Assembly (NCBI GenBank): GCA_964291215.2
Contig: OZ219791.1
Location: 2,240,001 to 2,304,000, forward strand
Source of the DNA: Alphaproteobacteria bacterium
Lineage (GTDB): Bacteria; Pseudomonadota; Alphaproteobacteria; MPNO01; UBA830
DNA: 64,000 nucleotides
Direction of reading: 5' to 3'
The translations under genes and the position numbers were made by a program. This document shows positions 10,706-23,044 of this stretch, piece after piece (the stretch's first letter is position 1; the number at the start of each line of letters is the position of its first letter). Under the pieces are notes generated by a model. It ran no database searches, was not told where the DNA came from, and saw nothing but the letters and a program-made list of their open reading frames with translations.

Positions 10706-11719
10706 TCAGAAACCGTCCAGCTTGAGCAACCTGGCCGCGTTTCCGTGAAAAATGAGCCGGCGCTCGGCTTCGGGAATGTCGAGCGCGTTCACGGCTTCGA
10801 TGATGCCGTCGATCAGATATGCGCCGCCGACGGGATCGAATGGTGCGTCGGTCGCGAACAGCGCCCGGTCGGAGGTGAAGAATGCATGCCCGCACTGCAT
10901 CGCCGGTAGTGAACAATTGGTCGCAGTATCGCCGTACAGAAGCCCGAAATACTCCCTTGGCGGGCGCTTGAGGCCGTATTCCTCCTGCGCCGGGTTGTGG
11001 TCAAGCGTGCCGGTGAAGACCTGCGAGAAGCCGAGATCGAGCTTGCCTGCGAAATAGGGAATGATGCCACCCATGTGGTGGGAGATGATCTTCAGGTCGG
11101 GTAGCCTGTCGTAGAGTCCCGAATAGATCAGCCGCGTCAGGCATGCCGCGGTTTCGTACGGCCAGCCGAAACTGAACCAGATTTCCGCTTCCGACCGGTC
11201 TTCGGTCATGTAGTCTGGATGGTTGGCCAGCCGCATGGGATGAATCCAGACCGGCAGGTCTAGCATGCTCATGGTCTCGAAGACCGGGAAGAACCGGGGA
11301 TCGCTCAAAGGAATGTTGTTGACGTTGGTGAATAGCTGCACCCCGCGGGCGCCGAGATCGACAACTGCACGCTCGGCCTCGCGCGCGGCGGCCTCGGGAT
11401 TGTTCATGGGCAGGGACGCGATGAAGGCGGGAAAGCGGTCCGGATGGCGTGCGCACAGCCCGGATAGCGCATCGTTTACCCGGAACGCGATCTCGGGCGT
11501 CCGCGTCTCGTCACCAAGGGTTTCGATGGGAGGGTTCGAGAGGGACAGGATCTGCTGATAGTCTTCGAACTGGTCCGTCACACGGAAGTGTTCGTCGAGA
11601 TCCCACAGCGCCGGAATGCCCTTGAACAGCTGTGCGATCGGATGTCCCGGCACCCAGACCTCAAGCAGATCGAAAATTTCCCGTGGCATGATGTGATTGA
11701 AGATGTCGAGTTTGCGCAT
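10706..11719 (-). CDS. Amidohydrolase-2 family protein (aromatic decarboxylase/hydratase-like)
   Basis: MRKLDIFNH, WIHP, FGWPYET, HHMGG, FATDAPFD. Confidence 0.85.
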   Translation of the reverse strand: MRKLDIFNHIMPREIFDLLEVWVPGHPIAQLFKGIPALWDLDEHFRVTDQFEDYQQILSLSNPPIETLGDETRTPEIAFRVNDALSGLCARHPDRFPAFIASLPMNNPEAAAREAERAVVDLGARGVQLFTNVNNIPLSDPRFFPVFETMSMLDLPVWIHPMRLANHPDYMTEDRSEAEIWFSFGWPYETAACLTRLIYSGLYDRLPDLKIISHHMGGIIPYFAGKLDLGFSQVFTGTLDHNPAQEEYGLKRPPREYFGLLYGDTATNCSLPAMQCGHAFFTSDRALFATDAPFDPVGGAYLIDGIIEAVNALDIPEAERRLIFHGNAARLLKLDGF

Positions 11720-11855
11720 GATCCCTCGCTGCAGGCGTCCCGGACGGCTCGGTCGTCCCTGCATTAACAAAGTTTAATCCTGCAGTCAGGTCCCCGTAAT
11801 CCAGTCTGCCCCATATTGGCCGGCAAGGTTACAACCTGACAAGAGGAGTTTGACC

Positions 11856-13373
11856 ATGTTGAAGAGTTTCAGGACCAGAGCCGCGGCCCTCGTCGCGGTC
11901 GGCGCGTCGATGGCCGCTGTTGCGCTGGTCGGCGCGCTTTCGGCGGCGCAGCCGGGCGGCGGCGCGGAAACGCGGGCGGCGGTACAGCCGGTCAGCCTGT
12001 CCGCAGGCAGCGGACGGTTCCCGGCAAGTCTCGCGCCCGTCATCGAGCGCGTGAGCCCGGCGGTGGTCTCAATTCGGGTCACCGGCGCGGGTTCTCAGGC
12101 CGTTTCGTCGGCGTTCGAACTTCCCGAACCCTTCAAGAGGTTCTTCGGCGATGATTTCGCGAGGCGTTTCGGTTTCGAGATGCGCCGCGACGGACGCCAG
12201 CCCCCGCCGGTTCGCTCCAGCATCGGTTCGGGTTTTTTCATCGACGGCGATGGTTACATCGTGACCAACAATCACGTGGTCGAGGATGCGCGCAAGATCG
12301 AGGTGGTGATGACCGATGGCCGGCGTTTCGAAGCCAGGATCGTCGGACGCGATCCGAAGACCGATCTGGCGTTGCTCAAGGTCGACGGCGGCGATGCGTT
12401 TCCGCATGTCGCGTTCGGCCAGTCCTCGAAGGTGAAGGTCGGTGACTGGATCGTCGCGATCGGCAGCCCCTTTGGCCTCGGCAATACCGCGACCACGGGT
12501 ATCGTGTCGGCGCGCGGACGGGACATCGGATCCGGCCCCTATGACGATTTCCTGCAGATCGACGCCCCTATCAATCGCGGCAATTCCGGCGGGCCGTCGT
12601 TCAACCTCGACGGCGAGGTCGTGGGGGTGAACACGGCTATCCTTTCGGTCACGGGTGCTAATGCCGGAATCGGCTTTGCGGTGCCGTCCGATCTGGTTCG
12701 CGAAGTTATCGTGCAACTGAAGTCATCAGGCAAGGTGGCTCGCGGCTGGCTCGGGGTCCAAGTGCAGGAGGTGAACTCGGACCTCGCGGACGGGCTCGGT
12801 CTCGGCGCCCCAAAGGGAGCGCTTGTCTCGCAGGTGATGGACGAGAGCCCGGCAAACCGCGCAGGGCTTCGCCAAGGCGACGTGATCATAGCTGTCGACG
12901 GCGAGCGCATCGAGACGATGCGGGAACTGCCGCGCCTGATCGCCGATCTTCCGGCCAATTCGACGACGAAGCTCGGTGTATTCCGTGACGGGTCCGAGAT
13001 CGCCGTGTCGGTGCGGATCGGTGCGATGCCGGGCACTCCGGAAGCTGGCAAGGCCCTCGCTGACAAGTCTCAGGGCGCCAAATTCGGCATGACGGTCGCC
13101 AGTCTCGACGACGAAACCCGCGGCCGGTTCGGGGTTGCGCCGGCGATCAAGGGAGTTGTCGTGGTCGCGCTCGATCCGAACGGCGTTGCGGCAGGCCGCG
13201 GCCTGCGCCGGGGCGACGTGATCCGCAAGGTTGCCGGCAGCGAGGTCCGCAACCCCGAGGACATCCTTGACGCGGTCGAGAGAGCCGCTGCGGATGGGCG
13301 CAAATCCCTCGTGATGCTCCTCCATCGTAGCGGTTCCGATCGCTATGTGGCGCTGCCACTCGGCAACGCCTGA
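11856..13373 (+). CDS. DegP/DegQ (HtrA) periplasmic serine protease with two PDZ domains
   Basis: Signal peptide, GSGF, TNNHVV, DLALLK, INRGNSGGP, RGWLGV; RBS gaggag. Confidence 0.93.
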   Translation: MLKSFRTRAAALVAVGASMAAVALVGALSAAQPGGGAETRAAVQPVSLSAGSGRFPASLAPVIERVSPAVVSIRVTGAGSQAVSSAFELPEPFKRFFGDDFARRFGFEMRRDGRQPPPVRSSIGSGFFIDGDGYIVTNNHVVEDARKIEVVMTDGRRFEARIVGRDPKTDLALLKVDGGDAFPHVAFGQSSKVKVGDWIVAIGSPFGLGNTATTGIVSARGRDIGSGPYDDFLQIDAPINRGNSGGPSFNLDGEVVGVNTAILSVTGANAGIGFAVPSDLVREVIVQLKSSGKVARGWLGVQVQEVNSDLADGLGLGAPKGALVSQVMDESPANRAGLRQGDVIIAVDGERIETMRELPRLIADLPANSTTKLGVFRDGSEIAVSVRIGAMPGTPEAGKALADKSQGAKFGMTVASLDDETRGRFGVAPAIKGVVVVALDPNGVAAGRGLRRGDVIRKVAGSEVRNPEDILDAVERAAADGRKSLVMLLHRSGSDRYVALPLGNA

Positions 13374-13501
13374 CCGCGACGCAGGGGCCGGAGCGATCTC
13401 GCCGTGCACCCCATTGCGGCGAGGCTCCGGGCCCGGTGGCGCTGCCGCTGGGGTCCGGAATCAAGAAATCCCGCTGCGTTCGATAATCGGGCCGGACAGA
13501 C

Positions 13502-13530
13502 CTTGAAATCGAACGCAGCGGACATTATTT
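13502..13530 (+). promoter_or_regulatory. Possible RpoH-type promoter upstream of the rpoH-like gene
   Basis: CTTGAA-N16-attATtT, a partial match to the alphaproteobacterial RpoH consensus. Confidence 0.3.
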
Positions 13531-13594
13531 TCGAGTCGATACCAAATGTCTCTTTCGTGCCCTGTGCGGGGCCGGAAGCGAAAGGACCCAAAAG

Positions 13595-14473
13595 ATGTCA
13601 GGCTCAACCAGAAATTTCCTCTCGACCAACGACAGGCGCTACATTTCGGCAGCAATGAAAGTTCCGCTGCTGGAGCGTGAGGAGGAACAGGAGCTTGCCC
13701 GGCGCTGGCGCGATCACGACGACACCAAGGCTCTTGACAGGATCATTACCGCGCATATCCGCCTGTGTGTGCGCATGGCCTCCCGGTTCAGGGGCTACGG
13801 CCTTCCCGCCAGCGACCTGATCCAGGAAGGCAATGCCGGCCTTCTCGAGGCGGCCAAGCGTTTCGATCCGGATCGCGACGTGCGTTTTTCGACCTACGCG
13901 TCGTGGTGGATCCTTGCGGCGATGCAGGAGTATGTCGTGCGCAACTCCTCGGTTGTTCGTCTCGGCACGACTCCGGCGCAGAAGAGTCTGTTCTTCAATC
14001 TCAGGCGGCTTCGCGCGCAACTGGCCGACAGCGCTGGCAGCAGCCGGATGACCGACGACCAGCGGGAGTTGATCGCTCGCGAACTCGGCGTTCCGGTTGC
14101 GGCCGTCGAGCGGATGGAGGCGCATTTCTCTGTGCCGGACCAGTCACTCAACGCGCCCGTGGGCGACGGTGATGTCCACGAACTGATCGATTTCCTCGCT
14201 GACGACGGCGAGACCCCGGATACGGAAACCGAGGATCTCATCGACGGCGAGACCCGGATGCGGTGGGTGCGCGAGGCGATGGAGCACTTGACGCCGCGCG
14301 AACGCGAAGTCATCAACCGGCGGTTCCTCGTAGACGAGAAGATCACCCTTGCTGAAATTGGCGCCGACTTCGGTGTTACCAAGGAGCGGGTGCGCCAGAT
14401 CGAGGACAAGGCGCTGTCGAAGCTTCGCGCGCATCTGCGCCAGCATGATGACAGGGAGTTCCTACCGAACTGA
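13595..14473 (+). CDS. rpoH: RNA polymerase sigma-32 family factor (RpoH/RpoH2-like)
   Basis: DLIQEGNAGL, RFSTYASWWI, RpoH box QKSLFFNLRR, GVTKERVRQIE. Confidence 0.88.
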   Translation: MSGSTRNFLSTNDRRYISAAMKVPLLEREEEQELARRWRDHDDTKALDRIITAHIRLCVRMASRFRGYGLPASDLIQEGNAGLLEAAKRFDPDRDVRFSTYASWWILAAMQEYVVRNSSVVRLGTTPAQKSLFFNLRRLRAQLADSAGSSRMTDDQRELIARELGVPVAAVERMEAHFSVPDQSLNAPVGDGDVHELIDFLADDGETPDTETEDLIDGETRMRWVREAMEHLTPREREVINRRFLVDEKITLAEIGADFGVTKERVRQIEDKALSKLRAHLRQHDDREFLPN

Positions 14474-14595
14474 GCGTACGGTGTCCGGAGTTGTCGGGGC
14501 ATCGCGCCTCCGGGAACATCGGCACGGCAGCAAAGCGGGAACTCGTGGTCTGCACCGGCTGAGAGTTCACGCAAAAACAGTGTCGCGCCACGGAT

Positions 14596-15400
14596 GTAAG
14601 CGTTCGTTCGTGCGGTGAGGTGTTGTTGTTTTCGTCTGTTTGACGGGCTTTTGTCAGGGAGTTCCAGCGTCACCCGGAGCGGTTTCGTGCGCGGCCGGGC
14701 GGGATGCGCGGTGAGGGGCACTGGCGCCATGCCGTGTTTTCCGCATTGGTTGCGGTTTTGTCCCGGCGCTGCGGAGGAGGAGCTGAGCGCCATTCCGTGC
14801 CGGTTGCAGGGTTCAGCGATTGAGGGTCCGCTTCCAGTCCTTGCGGAGCGGGCCAGATGTCCTTCTTCGGCTTCTGTCATGTCGGTCGTAGCGGCCGCTG
14901 GTTGTTCCGACGCGGCCGGCAGACGCCGCGGCGCGGGACCTCGACCAGGGTTTCGCAGGGCACGGGCGTGGTGTTGCAGCGCGCGCTCCATGCGGCGGTC
15001 GAGAAGCAGCGGCTCGCCGCATGGACCGTGTAGCGCATCTGCGCGCCGACCAGGCGCGTGTGTCCGAGGCAGTGTCAGCGGGCGACGAACTCGTTCCACA
15101 ACCAGCCTTCCCGGGTGCCCACGATCCGGAAGTCGGCGGGCGGAGCTCGTCGAGGGTCTTCGGGGTGGCGGCTCGGTATCCGACGTGATCAGCTTCGGGG
15201 CCGGCGGGGTCCGGGCTGGCGATGGCCGAACGGGTCCGCTTCGTGATCGTCAGTTCGCGCAGCAGCTGCATCTTCGCGACCATGAAATCGCGTCCATGGT
15301 AGCGGGACTCGACCTCGTCGCTTACGGCGGCGCCGCGAATCTCCGCCGCCTCTCCGGGCTCACGGCAACCAAGGCGACAGCTCGCCGGGCGGCTAGCCAC
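14596..15400 (-). mobile_element. IS66-type remnant: TnpC C-terminus, DUF4338-like pseudogene and terminal repeat
   Basis: GTAAGCG IS66-like end at 14596; NGG*PPGELSPWLP..SPERRRRFAAPP; RYHGRDF, WNEFVAR, LVGAQMRY, KKDIW..RKDWKRTLNR (stop at 14813). Confidence 0.6.
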
Positions 15401-15577
15401 CGTTCATCGTGAAGGTGGATCAGATAATCCTGCACTTCCTGCGCGGAGATCAGATCGGGACTGCGATGGTAGCGGAGTGCGAGCCTCGAAACGAGGATTG
15501 AGGTAGGACTTCCTAGTGTTCTCGGCAAGGCCGCGAACGGTGATGTCGTTCGTCATCTGTTGGCGCAAAGGCGTCAT
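15400..15577 (-). pseudogene. N-terminal fragment of a tyrosine recombinase (MTPLRQ-type, often IS91-associated)
   Basis: MTPLRQQMTNDITVRGLAENTRKSYLN / SRLALRYHRSPDLISAQEVQDYLIHL, with a frameshift and truncation. Confidence 0.75.
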
Positions 15578-15600
15578 CTGTCGTGTCCATTGAGGCGTGA

Positions 15601-16944
<1,344 letters not shown>

Positions 16945-17107
16945 CAGGTCCGGTCGCGGGTGCCGGCACATGCTGAGCGTCGCGAATGATGCAGGACCGG
17001 GCCGTGCCTGAAATCGGGAACGGCGCAATCGCGTCGGCTGCATCGGCGGCGCGGCAGACCGGACCCGGTTGCCCGAACCGCCGCGCCGCTTCTGGACGGG
17101 CCCGCTG

Positions 17108-19504
17108 ATGCGCCGTCTGCGAAAGATCTTCTTCCGGACCATCGGCGCCTTTGCCCTTCTTGCGGTCGTTGCCGCGGTAGGCGGCTTTCTCTGGCTCCGG
17201 ACTTCTCTTCCGACGCTGTCGGGCGAGATGCGCCTCAACGGCCTCGGTGCCGAGGTCGAGATCATCCATGACGCCAACGGCATTCCGCATATCAGCGCTG
17301 CGTCACGCGATGACGCGTATTTCGCGCTCGGTTTCGTTCATGCGCGGGACCGGCTATTCCAGATGGATTCCATGCGCCTGCTGGGTGCCGGTCGCCTGTC
17401 GGAGGTCATAGGTTCGTTCGGACTTCCGGTTGACAAGGCCATGCGCACGCTTGGCCTTTATCGGCTTGCCGAGGAAACCTATGCCCGGCTGCCGGCCGAT
17501 GCGCGGGGATATGTCGAGGCCTATGCTGCTGGCGTCAACGCCTACCTCGATAGCCGTTCCGGTGCGCTGCCTCCCGAATATGCGCTCCTGCAGTACAGCC
17601 CGGAACTGTGGAAGCCCGCCGATTCGCTTGTCTGGGGCCGCCTCATGGCGCAATGGCTGTCGGGAAACTGGCGCACGGAAGCGCTGCGCGCCGCGTTGTC
17701 GGAGCGATTGTCCGCGGAACAGCTGGCGGATCTGTGGCCAGCGGATGAGGGGGGTGCGGCGCCGACGCTGGCGGTGTCTGAGGATGTCCGGGAGCGTTCA
17801 GCGTCCTTCGCCGCGCTGCAGGGCCGTATTCCGGATGTCCTGCGCCCGGTATCGATTCTGGCCTCCAACGCCTGGGTCCTTTCCGGGGCCGTCACCGAGT
17901 CCGGGAAGCCGCTGCTTGCGAACGACCCGCACCTGGGCTTTCGCGCGCCGGGTCTTTGGTATCTGGCGCGTCTTAGGGCTCCGGGACTCGATGTAAGCGG
18001 AGCTACCACGCCGGGCGTACCATTCCATGTCCTCGGCCATAACGGCCGCATAGCATGGGGTTTGACGAACGGTGGCAGTGATGCCGCCGATCTCTATCTG
18101 GAGCGGGTCAGCGGATCGAAACCCGGCCATTACGACACGCCGGACGGTCCGCGACCGTTCGTTCGGCATACGGAGACCATCAGGGTCCGGGGCGGCGATC
18201 CGGTTGACCATGTCGTACGCGAGACGGTCCGGGGTCCGGTCATATCCGACATCGGCGGCCGTTTCGGAGCTGTCGCGCCGGACGGCCATGTCGTCACGCT
18301 TGCGGCCACCGGCCTTCGCGATGACGATCTCACGCCTCTCGCCCTGATGAAGATCAACCACGCGCACGACTGGCCCGGGTTTCTGGCCGCACTCGAGAAT
18401 TTTCATGCGCCGCAGCAGAACATCGTCTATGCCGACACGGCCGGCAATATCGGATTTGTGGTCGCTGGCCGCGTACCGGTGCGCAGCAGGGGAGACGGCA
18501 GCGCGCCCGTGCCCGGATGGGACGGCGAACATCTCTGGTCCGGGTTCATCCCGTTCGCAGAGCTCCCCCGGGCGCTCAATCCGCCTTCGGGCCGATTCGT
18601 GAACGCCAATCAACGCGGTGTTCCGGACGGTTATCCGTGGTTTGTCGCGCGCGACTGGCCACCCCCCTACCGGGCCGCCCGCATCCAGGATGTCCTCGCC
18701 GACGGACGGCCCCGCACGGTCGCGAGCGAGGGGCGTTTGCAGAACGACACGCAATCCGCTGCCGCCGAATCGCTTGTGCCTGTTCTCCTTGACCATGTCA
18801 GGCCGGACACGGCACGGGGAAGGAGCGCCGTGGAACTCCTGCGCAGTTGGGACATGAACATGACTCGCGCCCAGGCTGCGCCGCTGATCTTCACCGCCTG
18901 GCTGGCTGAAACCAATCGCGGTCTCTATCTCGACGAGCTCGGCGAACACTTCGATAGCTACTGGAGGCTTCGACCGCGCGTCGTGCGGCACATGCTGCGA
19001 ACTCGCCCGCAATGGTGCGACGATGTCCGCACGGCGGCGCGCGAGGACTGCACGCAGGTCGTTACGCAGTCTCTTGAGCGTGCGCTGGAGAGTCTCGAGG
19101 AGAAGTTCGGCCGGGACATGGCGGCCTGGCGCTGGGGCGAAGCGCATCACGCGGTCTTTCGCCATCAGGTTCTGGGCCTTATTCCCGTGCTGCGCCGCTT
19201 CGGCGATATCCGGATCGAGAGCGATGGCGGGGCCTTCACGGTCAATCGCAGCCAGAATCGGATTTCCAACCCGCGCGCGCCCTTTGCCGGCGTTCATGGA
19301 GCAGGCTATCGCGGCATCTATGACCTGTCCGACCTGGGGAACTCGCATTTCATGATTGCGACCGGTCCGTCGGGCAATCCGCTATCCGAAAATTACGCGT
19401 CGATGACACGGGATTGGCGTGACGGCAAGTATGTACGAATTGCGGTCTTGCGCGCCACTGTGCTCGAAGGCGCGACCGGCATTCTGAAGCTGCTGCCTGG
19501 CTGA
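17108..19504 (+). CDS. Penicillin acylase family (Ntn hydrolase)
   Basis: N-terminal TM anchor, GIPHI, HARDRLFQM, SNAWV nucleophile, LANDPHL. Confidence 0.9.
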   Translation: MRRLRKIFFRTIGAFALLAVVAAVGGFLWLRTSLPTLSGEMRLNGLGAEVEIIHDANGIPHISAASRDDAYFALGFVHARDRLFQMDSMRLLGAGRLSEVIGSFGLPVDKAMRTLGLYRLAEETYARLPADARGYVEAYAAGVNAYLDSRSGALPPEYALLQYSPELWKPADSLVWGRLMAQWLSGNWRTEALRAALSERLSAEQLADLWPADEGGAAPTLAVSEDVRERSASFAALQGRIPDVLRPVSILASNAWVLSGAVTESGKPLLANDPHLGFRAPGLWYLARLRAPGLDVSGATTPGVPFHVLGHNGRIAWGLTNGGSDAADLYLERVSGSKPGHYDTPDGPRPFVRHTETIRVRGGDPVDHVVRETVRGPVISDIGGRFGAVAPDGHVVTLAATGLRDDDLTPLALMKINHAHDWPGFLAALENFHAPQQNIVYADTAGNIGFVVAGRVPVRSRGDGSAPVPGWDGEHLWSGFIPFAELPRALNPPSGRFVNANQRGVPDGYPWFVARDWPPPYRAARIQDVLADGRPRTVASEGRLQNDTQSAAAESLVPVLLDHVRPDTARGRSAVELLRSWDMNMTRAQAAPLIFTAWLAETNRGLYLDELGEHFDSYWRLRPRVVRHMLRTRPQWCDDVRTAAREDCTQVVTQSLERALESLEEKFGRDMAAWRWGEAHHAVFRHQVLGLIPVLRRFGDIRIESDGGAFTVNRSQNRISNPRAPFAGVHGAGYRGIYDLSDLGNSHFMIATGPSGNPLSENYASMTRDWRDGKYVRIAVLRATVLEGATGILKLLPG

Positions 19505-19545
19505 CGGCGATCGTGGCGCGGGAGAGCCCGCCCGCCCGCCATGGA

Positions 19546-20025
19546 TCAGGCGAGCTTGGCGTAGTCGCCCTGAAAGTACAAGAGCGGCCGATTTTCGCTC
19601 CTTTCATAGTTCACGTCTGTGACCTTGCCGACGATTATCAGGTGGTCGCCGCCCTCATACATGGCATGTTTGTTGCACTCGAGCGTTGCAAGCGCACCGT
19701 CGAACAACGGACACCCGTTCCTGCTAACGCCGTGCGCGATCCCGTCCCACTTGTTGTCGGCCGACCTCGCAAAATTGTTGGACAGGTTTACCTGCTCTTC
19801 ATTCAGCACATTGACGTTGAAGTGCCGGCAGGCCTCGAAGGCTTCGAAGCTGTTGATCTTGTCTGCCACGCAGAACAGCACAAGCGGCGGGTCAAGAGAC
19901 AGCGACGTGAACGAATTGGCGGTGATGCCGATCTTCTCTGCGTTCCTGTCCAGCGTTGTGATGATCGTTACGCCGGTGGCGAAGCAGCCGAACGCGTTAC
20001 GCAATTCCCGATGGTCAAAAGGCAT
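19546..20025 (-). CDS. Flavin reductase family protein
   Basis: RNAFGCFATGVT, ANSFTSLSLDPPLV, GGDH, PLLYF. Confidence 0.92.
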   Translation of the reverse strand: MPFDHRELRNAFGCFATGVTIITTLDRNAEKIGITANSFTSLSLDPPLVLFCVADKINSFEAFEACRHFNVNVLNEEQVNLSNNFARSADNKWDGIAHGVSRNGCPLFDGALATLECNKHAMYEGGDHLIIVGKVTDVNYERSENRPLLYFQGDYAKLA

Positions 20026-20142
20026 GGTCTTCCCTGCGGACTCCCGGCGTGGCGCCGACAAGGCAGACCACATCACCGGCGTATCATAGCGGAAGACCCC
20101 CCGATCGGAAACGGAGCTCGCCGAAGGCTGCAGGGGAGTCTC

Positions 20143-20258
20143 ACGCTAAATTCTGTTTGTTTTTTCAAGGCAGCACCTGGGTTTTTTTGGGGCGCGGGTT
20201 GGTGCGAGGAGATTTTTTTTGCAGTTTTCGCTGGCTTTCTTGCACTAGAGTTGTCATT
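20143..20258 (-). repeat. ~115 bp AT-rich dispersed repeat (copy 2)
   Basis: Reverse complement aligns with 10313-10425. Confidence 0.7.
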
Positions 20259-20452
20259 CGGCCGCTTCCCTACCGGGCGTTTCTTGACGGCGGTTACAAT
20301 GATGACGGCGCCGAGGTTTCCGTCGTGCTTCCGGGCGACTTCTACAAGGAGGTCGGGGCCGGCATCTTCCGCGGCGATGACATGCCTTTCGGCGGTTCCG
20401 AAACGGGTCGGGAAGCATGGTCCGCCTATGTGCGGCTGGGCGGCGATGTGAT
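20259..20452 (+). pseudogene. Isolated internal fragment of a probable outer-membrane beta-barrel protein
   Basis: RPLPYRAFLDGGYNDDGAEVSVVLPGDFYKEVGAGIFRG...WSAYVRLGGD; no start of its own; flanked by mobile-element scraps. Confidence 0.4.
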
Positions 20453-23044
20453 CAGAAATGTGGCCGGGTCTGGCGGCGTGACGGGGCCTTCAAGTGCCGC
20501 GACCAGTGGCTGGAAGCCGGGGCAGCAGTGGCTTGATCTGACAACACGCGACTGCTTGTGGCGCCGGGAACGTTTCCGAACCTTGCCTCCTTCTTTCTTG
20601 CGACGCGGCGGCTGGCCGACGACTGGGCCTGCGGCCACCAGGTGGCGGAGACGTTCTGCGATCCGGCGCGTTTTGCGGGCACAAGGCGGCGGGCTGGCGT
20701 GCCAGGGGATTTGCCCGCGCCAACGGGCGCTGCATCGACCCCCATGGCAGGGAGTTTTTCGTTGTGCCGCTGCGGGCGCGGCGGCTGCTGTCGCGCCCGC
20801 AGGCGCTGCGGTGGCGCCACCTGCCTCCTCGCTCCCCGGGGTTCCGAGGTGATGCGTTCGCTGCACGACGAGCTGGCGACGATCGAGGACTTCCGCCGCG
20901 CGCAGGGCCTTTCAATCTGACACTATTGAGTTCATTGATTTCTGCATATCGTGTTCCCGCATTTTTCTGTGATGCTCGACGAAGTAGAGGAGGAGTTGGT
21001 ATCCCTGCCAGAGTTTCTCGGTTCCCGGCAGGGGTTGGCGCTTTCCGGGGATGAAGCCTGCCAGGCGTGCGACCTCGATGGCGAAGGCTTCGATGGTCGG
21101 TTCGGGATCGGGAGGTCCACGCGGTTGGCGTCGTTTGACGGGCTTGTGGATGTTCAGGACCGTGATCTCGTCGCGGTGAACGATGCGGCTGGCCGGCGTG
21201 CGAGACGCTCGACGGTCATGACGCGGCAGGCGGTGATGGCAGGCCGGACACTTCCTCAGGTCGTCGGCCTGGCCGGTCCTCGATCCGTGTGCCGACCTTC
21301 AGGGCCTTGAAGTATTCTTCAATCAGCCATCGCCTTTCGTAGAAGGAGACGGTGTCGAGGGCAGCGGTGACGTCGCCTTCGGTGGTGAGCAGCATCCAGT
21401 CGAGAGGATCTGCCGGTGGGTCGGGTTCCGTGACGTGTACGGCCATCATGGAGAGCGGCGGCGTTCCCCGGGGCTTCCGGTCCGGTGGCGCAAGGTCGAC
21501 CCTTGCCGTGCGGACTTCGAGGCCCTTGCGCTCCTTGCGGCGACGCGGCCCTCCGCAGGCTGCGATGTCGATCGGCCTGGTCGCGATGCACGGCTCATCG
21601 GCCATGTGGTCCCGAAGGTTCCGGTGCGTGCCCGTTGCGGTGACCACGCGGCGGCATGTCGAGCGCCTGACGCGCACCAGCTCCGGGCCAGCAGGTCCCG
21701 GTTGTCGCCTTCACGGATCACCAGCACTTTTGTCGAGGGACAGGCCAGTTCCACGGCCCTGTCGTACCCGCCGGCTCTCCTTGTCGTCCTCCTTGCCCTT
21801 CTCGTGATCCGGATCGATACGGAAGTCGGCGTCGAGATGGAACAGGCCGAGGGCACAGCCGCCTTCGGTGAAGGCGACCCCGGCATGGGCCGCAATGCCA
21901 AGGGCACCCGAGCCGCCGATGTCGACAAGACCCGCCTCCAGGCCATTGTAATTCAGGAACGTCGTGTCCTGGATGGCAAGGATCCGGCGCTGCGGACGGC
22001 AGCGCTCTATCATCGCTTCCTGATGCCCCTCGAGGATATGGTCCATCGTCACCTTGGGGTTCGACAACAGACGGCAGGCCGCCTTCTGCTCCGCCCCGCC
22101 GGGGAAGATCACCGGCAGGATCTCTCCGGGACGATCGTTCCACGCCCATGGTGACAAGGCGGTCGCGGATGCGCACGTCACCGTGGTTGCTGCGGCCGTA
22201 CTCCCTCATCGCCCGGTTGTCATCGCCAACAAGGGGTGCCGCCTGGCCCATGACACGCTCCCGCCACAACACGTCTTGCCAAGCCAGGGGCTTCATCCAC
22301 ACGGCGCGCTGCACGCCCTGGCCGGTGGCCCCGGGAGGTCGACCCGAGGTCATCTTCTCACAACGCTCCCAGCCTGCCGCCCTGTAGCTCGTGCCGGTGT
22401 ATTCGGGGCTCACATGGGCGCAGGCCAGAACCGGCGTCACTTCTCAGTCCGCAGCAAGCCGCCGGCAGGCCAGGACGTGGGAGGCCAGCTCCGGAACATT
22501 CACCGACGGAAGTATCAGCAAGCGAGCGTTGTTGACGACCTTGCCGAGGTGGACGTCACGCGCTCCCCGGGACCAGAAGTCGTCGCGCGCCTTCTGATGC
22601 CAATTGGCCGCACGGAACACCAGGCCGCCGAGGCGGCCGTAGCGCGACGAGGTGATCCGGTAGCTCATCCGGGCGCCTCGCCCTCGGGATGCTAGGTCGC
22701 CATCATCGCCAGGCGCCTGTCCTCGCCGACCGGCTCCACGGTGACCTCGCCAAGCTCCTCCGGAGAACATGCGAGTGGCTTGTCGGGACAGTCCCGCTCA
22801 AGGGTGTCGAGGCCATGAGGCCCTGGTGCAGGAAGGACGATGCCGAGCGCCGAGGCAAGATCAGGCAGGGCCGCACGCGGCAAGGCACAGCTCGCCCTTC
22901 GCGTTGCGCCAGTCCTCGCGCTCGCACAATCCCTGCGCCAGGGCGTGCTGCCCTCGGCAACCGACGTCACCTTCAGCCAATCAACCGTCGTCGTGGACAG
23001 ATGTCGAAAGCCAATTCTCATGGGCCACTATATAAGGCCTCATG

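Noticed and set aside
11764-11777. CtrA box upstream of degP
   Set aside because: TTAA-N6-TTAA; canonical spacing is N7
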